Shown here piece by piece: positions 43,711 to 48,696 of a stretch of DNA of 48,696 bases. Source of the DNA: Patescibacteria group bacterium (GTDB taxonomy: Bacteria; Patescibacteriota; Gracilibacteria; BD1-5; UBA6164); assembly GCA_036170435.1 (NCBI GenBank), contig JAVHPF010000029.1, positions 1-48,696 of the forward strand, read 5' to 3'. The position numbers were made by a program, and so were the translations under genes. The notes beneath the pieces are model-generated. The model had not been told where the DNA came from. It ran no database searches and saw only the letters and a program-made list of their open reading frames with translations. The stretch's first letter is position 1, and every line of letters begins with the position of its first letter.

Positions 43711-44556
43711 TTATTTTATAAATTCTAAATAATCACTACATATAAAATCAGGATTTAAATCTATAATTTCTTTAAATCTAGATTTCAAAATATTTAAATC
43801 TTTACAATCTTCATGAGCTTCTCATCAAAGTAATCATGGAGATTTCGCATGTAATTCAGGTGTCACAAGTCACATAAACTTGTTTTCTTTTTTTATTATA
43901 TCAAAAATGTTCCTATTGTATAAAGTTTTTTCTCAATTTATATCTTTTCTATCCCATTCATCGAGCCAAACTCAATCAAATATATCCAAATTATCTAGGA
44001 AATCCTTTATAGAATATAGAGTATTTCAAGTGCAAGAATTGTATCTTTCTATATCATAATTATGTGAAATGGAAGGGAGTAACTTTATTTTATTATTCTT
44101 GGATTTTATATATTTTGCAGTTTCAATCTTGATATCAAAAATAAATATTTTATTTTCTATATTTTCGTATTTTTCTAAAATATTTAACATAATATCAATA
44201 TATTCTTTTTCTTGAAATTTTGACTTTAAGTGTAGTGCTGAATATTCTCAATTTTTTCTCCATTCAGATATATTTTTAATTAATTCTTCAAATGAAATAA
44301 AAGAATTTCAATTTAAATCATAGTTTAATATCTCATCTATATTTAATTCATGAAAATTTCTAATATCTTTTCAATTTGTTATTCTATTTAAATTTCAATC
44401 ATGAAAAACAAAAGGAATCATATCTGCAGAAAAATTTATATCAAATTCAAGTCAAAATCATCTTTGTAAATGATTTAAAAAAGCTTCTCTTGAGCTCTCT
44501 ATAAAATTAAAATCTTTATTTAAAGGTTCGAGTCATCTATGAGTTATTATTTGCAT
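43711..44556 (-). CDS. glycerophosphodiester phosphodiesterase (GDPD) family protein (281 aa)
   Basis: MQIITHRGLEP...ESSREAFLNHLQRGFGLEFDINFSADMIPFVFHDGNLNRITNG (HRG...E.D...HD signature). Confidence 0.7.
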
Positions 44557-44565
44557 AATCTATTC

Positions 44566-44886
44566 TTAATCAATATATTTATCTCATTTTACACAAGGTA
44601 TTTTTACAACTGTTGTAGTTCAATCTTCTAAACATTCAAAATCCGTTGATTCTCAAGGTGATATTTCAACTATATCTCAAGTTTCATAATAATTACCTTT
44701 CATTCTATATTTTCAACTATTAAAAATAGTGTATTCAGTTGCAATTTTATGATGATGAGAACTTTCTGATTCTCACTTTTTATATTCTTTAATTGCTACT
44801 TCAAATAAATTAGTTTTAAATAAAGTTGGTTCAAAATCACCAATAAACCATCATTTTGTAAAATCTTTTAAATTATATTTATTCAT
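44566..44886 (-). CDS. small cupin-like protein (106 aa)
   Basis: KGWFIGDFEP...KGESESSHHHKIATEYTIF...GDIVEISPGE. Ends checked. Confidence 0.5.
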
Positions 44887-44907
44887 AATATCTTATTTAT
44901 AAAAATA

Positions 44908-44929
44908 AAGAGTTTTATTAAAAACTCTT
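44908..44929 (-). terminator. weak internal hairpin at the end of the nucleotidyltransferase gene
   Basis: 9-bp stem aagagtttt / aaaactctt, loop atta. Contains stop codon 44928-44930. T-rich tract follows on the minus strand. Confidence 0.35.
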
Positions 44930-45668
44930 ATATATCTTTTGCTAAATCTGTTTCTAGAAATCTATTTAAATCTTCTGGAGTTCAAATTCAATGCATTCTA
45001 TTTTGTATATCAAAGACTTTAATAACTTTATCTTTTAAAATCATTTCATTATAAACAGGACAAACATAAAATTCTCAATTTGTTGTTATATTTTTTTTAA
45101 TCATATTTTTTGCTCATTCTACAAAATTATTTCATTTTTTGAAATAATAAAGTCCTACTGTTGCAATATCACTTATTGGCTTCTTTTCAGCAACTTCTTC
45201 TACATTTCCATTTTTATCTAATTTTACAAAAGACCATTTTGGATGAGTAGCTTTAAATGTCATAATTGTTCAATCAAAATCATTATTTGATGAAAAATCT
45301 AAATAATCTTCTATTCAATTAGCAATAAATTGATCTGAATTAGCCATTAATAATTCATCATTATTATCTATATATTCACTTGCTAAAAGTACAGTACAAG
45401 CTGCTCATTGAGTTAATGTATCAATTATTACAATGTTACAATCAGGGGCAATTAAATTTAGTAAATATTTCAATGCATATTTATTATAATGTTCTTTTTG
45501 AACAATAAAAGTAAATTTATAATCAATTCTATTTTTAGGTTTCATATTATCAACAACTACTTGAATCATTGGCTTTCATTTTACTTCAATAAGTGGTTTT
45601 GGAAAAGTATATCAAGCTGTAACAAATCTGCTACCTGCTCAAGCCATTGGAATAACTATATTTAACAT
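44928..45668 (-). CDS. sugar-phosphate nucleotidyltransferase (246 aa)
   Basis: MLNIVIPMAGAGSRFVTAGYTFPKPLIEVKGKPMIQ (NTP-transferase P-loop-like signature, Gly as TGA). Confidence 0.75.
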
Positions 45669-45687
45669 GTGTTTTTTAAATTTAAAA

Positions 45688-46293
45688 TTATAATATATCT
45701 TTAAAAATTCAAGAATGAACTTCATTTGCATTATTAACAACTATTACTTTTGCACCAGATTTAGTTCATGCTTCAATACCATGAGGAGAATCTTCTATAA
45801 CAATAGTTTCATTTGGTTTTATTCAAAGTTTTTCCATTGCAAGTTCATAAATTTGTGGAGAAGGTTTAGATTCTTTTACATCCTCATTTGATAAAATTAA
45901 ATCAAAATAATCCAAAATCATAGCTTTATTTAACATCATTTCAATACTATTTTTAATAGAATTTGAACAACAAGCTATTTTTAATCATTTATCTTTAAGT
46001 TTTTTTAACATTACTTGTTTTGAAAAATCAACTGTACTATTATTATAAATAGCGTCTACAGTATATTGCTGTTTCATTTGGTTAATAAAATTATGTAAAC
46101 TTTCAGGAAGTCATTTTTCTTCAGTTAATCTTTTAAGTTTTACATGAGTTGGAAGTCAATCATAATAATTTTCATGTTCTTGACGAGTAATTGTAAATCC
46201 AAAAAGTCATAAAGCTTTATTTAAAGCTTCATAATGCCACTCTCTAGCGTCAATTAACACTCAATCCATATCAAAAAGTACTGCTTTTATCAT
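45688..46293 (-). CDS. HAD-superfamily hydrolase (beta-phosphoglucomutase-like subfamily) (201 aa)
   Basis: Motif I AVLFDMDGVLID (Gly is the TGA at 46261-46263), ...CSNS..., IVIEDSPHGIEAG. Confidence 0.8.
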
Positions 46294-46307
46294 ATTCAAA
46301 ATTATTA

Positions 46308-46853
46308 TTAAATTATTTCCTTAATAACTCTTGCTGGATTTCATATAGCAACAACTCAACTTGGAATATCTTTAGTTACTATACTTCCTGCTCATATTAC
46401 ACTATTATCTCAAATAGTTACTCATTTAAGTATTATTGTCCTAGCTCATATCCAAACATTATTTCAAATAATTATTGGTAAAGATTTTCATTCATTGGAA
46501 AACATATAAATTTCTCATTTTTTGAATGAATGGTCTCAAGATTGTAAAAAAGCTCAAGGTCAAAACATAACATTATTTCATATGCTTATTTTACTATTTT
46601 TTGGAGTTCAAGCATTTATACTACCAAATTCATTTATAAAAACATTATTTCATATTTCTATATTTCAAGTCATTCTACAATACTTTCAAATTTGGAAATT
46701 ATTTCAAATTTTTATCATTTTTGCATATCTTATTTTTGGAATATGCCAAATAATTGATTTAGAAAATAATCCAATTTTTACTCATATTAATTTCAAAAAT
46801 AATATTTTATAAAATGTTAATATTCTATAAATATTTCAAATAATTATATCCAT
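46308..46853 (-). CDS. hexapeptide-repeat (LbH) sugar O-acetyltransferase (181 aa)
   Basis: [74 protein letters not shown]. 20 of its 23 Gly codons are TGA. All codons checked. Ends in TAA TAA TAA. Confidence 0.85.
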
Positions 46854-46858
46854 AATAA

Positions 46859-47488
46859 CTAAATTTTTTTTATTATATAAACAACTGTATTTCAAAAATA
46901 TTTATTTTTAAATGGTAATTCCCATCATAAAAAAGGAACCTTCCAAACACTATAATAAGTTTTTATAAGTTCTATTTTTCAGTCATAATAAGCTAAAATT
47001 GATGGTAGGTAAAATGGATTAATATGAGCTGGAAATTCATGAAAAATTCAATCGCTCTTTAAAAAACCTATAAGATTTCAAGTAAGAAAAAATAATATTT
47101 TTCCAATTATTGTATTTATATTAGGAGTCGAAATCATTATATATCATCATTTTTTAGTACATCTAAGTATTTCATTTAATAGTAAGTATTGATTTTCTAC
47201 ATGTTCTATAACTTCTAAATTTGTTACAAAATCAAATTCTTCATCTTTATATGGTAAAGCCTTAGTAAAGTCTGATTTTATAAAATTATCGAATTCTATA
47301 TCAGGAGTCAAAAATCCATCTATTAAATGAATGTTTTTATATCCATTATCTAATAATCTTTTTCACCAAGCTCCAGAACCTGATCATACATCTAAAATTT
47401 TATCATCAATTTTTGAATATTTTTTAAATATATCAAATAAAAATGGATGCATATTTCAATATGAATACTCTTGTAAAAATTCTGCCAT
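46859..47488 (-). CDS. class I SAM-dependent methyltransferase (209 aa)
   Basis: KILDVGSGSGAWGKRLLDNGY (motif I), FDFVTNLEVIEHVENQYLLLNEILRCTKKGGYIMISTPN. TAG 46859-46861. Confidence 0.75.
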
Positions 47489-47492
47489 TTTT

Positions 47493-48584
47493 TTAAATTA
47501 AATTATAAACTTTCTTCACAACTCACTCCCATCATAATTCCCTATCACTAAACTCTCTTCATTTCTTTCACATTTCAATTGTTTTTTCCTTATTTTCAAG
47601 CATTAATATAATGTTTTCTGCTAGTTTTGCAATATTATTTTTTTCTACTATTAATCAAGTTAAATTATTTTCTACAACTGATGGAAGTGCTCAAACATTT
47701 GTTATAATAACTGGTTTAGAAAAAGCATAAGCTACGGGAATAACTCAACTTCAAGTTGCATCATGATATGGTAAAATAAGAAATCCTGATTTTTCAAAAA
47801 ATTTGTAAGCTTCTTCTGGCTCAATATTGTAGTTAAATATTTCTAAATTATCTTTTAGTTTTTCTATATATTCTCTATATTTTGATAAATCTCCAGGTCA
47901 GGCAATAATTAGCTTAAAATCTGGTATTTTTTCTTTAACTATAAACAAACTATTTAGTAATAAATCAAGTCATTTATAATCAACTATTCTACCAAAAAAT
48001 AGAAATGTATTTTTTTCTACTTTTCATCATTTAGAAAAAACATCTTTGAAAAAATTATAATTTCCGTGAACTATAGAAATAACTTTATTTTCTGAAATAT
48101 TATATTTTTCTATTAGTTCATTTCTAAGTTTTTCTCAGTGAACAAATAATTTATCAGCTAAATCTCTCAAAACTTGATTTGTTTTTTCTGCTATTTTTCA
48201 TTGCAAACTAGCTCATTCTCAAGTATGTAAAGTTGGATCGTGCTGTGTTACATATATTTTATATCCTAACATTTTAAATAATTTAGAATAAGCAATATAC
48301 CAAGGATGATTATCAAGAAAATGAATAATATCTGGCTTAAATCTAATTATCTTAAACAAAAAAATTATATGATTCCAAAAAGATAAAGTATCAAATATGA
48401 AACTTTTAGGATTTGGATTAGTTCTTATCTTTAAAAAACCTATATTTTCATTATATAGGTTTTCATTGTAATAATCAGCTATTGTGACTTTTATATTCGC
48501 AATTTTACTAAGTTCATTGCAAAATTGAGATGAATAATGTAACATTCCTCATCTAGGAGTTAGGTTAAAAACTAGTACTTTCAT
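47493..48584 (-). CDS. GT4-family glycosyltransferase (363 aa)
   Basis: FFGRIVDYKGLDLLL...PYHDATGSGVIPVAYAFSKPVIITNVGALPSVVENNLTGLIV. In frame with track ORF 48219-48545. Confidence 0.8.
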
Positions 48585-48589
48585 ATTTT

Positions 48590-48696
48590 TTATTTAATCA
48601 AATTATAAACTTCTCCAAATTCTCTAAATGTTTGTTCCCAAGCAAAAAGTGAAACTGGGATTTTTGATGAAGTCTTAGAGCTAAGTGCTGACACTG
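48590..48696 (-). CDS. 3' end of another glycosyltransferase-like gene (partial, runs off the window)
   Basis: ...KIPVSLFAWEQTFREFGEVYNLIK* is a typical GT4 C-terminal tail. TAA 48590-48592, 5 nt before the next start. Confidence 0.5.
   Translation of the reverse strand, partial: VSALSSKTSSKIPVSLFAWEQTFREFGEVYNLIK

Noticed and set aside
46522-46812. Track ORF on the plus strand (96 aa)
   Set aside because: It is antisense to the hexapeptide acetyltransferase, whose minus-strand frame shows canonical IGNN hexapeptide repeats.
1-48696. Reading TGA as tryptophan (table 4, Mycoplasma/Spiroplasma-like), which the AT-richness suggests
   Set aside because: TGA sits on invariant glycines (GxGxxG of Ugd and SAM-MTs, GGSCFPKD, Fic GNGRxGR, HAD DxDG, LbH IGNN, a poly-Gly run mixed with GGN). 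TGG is still present at Trp-like positions.

Overview
Very AT-rich bacterial window. The standard-code ORF track is nearly empty because TGA is a sense codon here. Reading TGA as glycine (translation table 25, as in Gracilibacteria/Absconditabacteria-type CPR bacteria) gives about 45 tightly packed genes that all end in TAA or TAG. I checked gene ends codon by codon; all product calls rest on motif recognition only, with no database search. Layout: (i) 162-16159, a cell-surface cluster with a TPR protein, a DUF916/DUF3324-like anchored protein, two small secreted proteins, a 1053-aa protein with three C-terminal SLH domains, a GC-richer 220-aa secreted subunit that almost avoids TGA, and a 2523-aa giant surface protein with Ig-like repeats and a lamin-tail domain. 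(ii) 16301-19374, a hypothetical protein, an amidohydrolase and a tandem-PAS protein. (iii) 19442-28108 (minus strand), an Rhs/YD-repeat polymorphic-toxin locus: a 1915-aa Rhs, small membrane-anchored immunity-like genes, one intact orphan core+toxin cassette and one disrupted one, next to tRNA-Gln(UUG). (iv) ugd and a GT2, separated by a complex GC-rich nested palindrome. (v) a RelE/YafQ-like toxin-antitoxin pair with a frameshifted toxin, an aldose-epimerase-like gene and a class II Fic gene bracketed by short direct repeats. (vi) 33822-48696 (minus strand), a 19-gene glycan biosynthesis/modification operon. The most unusual signals are the table-25 recoding, the Rhs toxin arsenal with swap-ready cassettes, and short GC-rich palindromic elements inserted in frame inside protein-coding genes, similar to Rickettsia palindromic elements.
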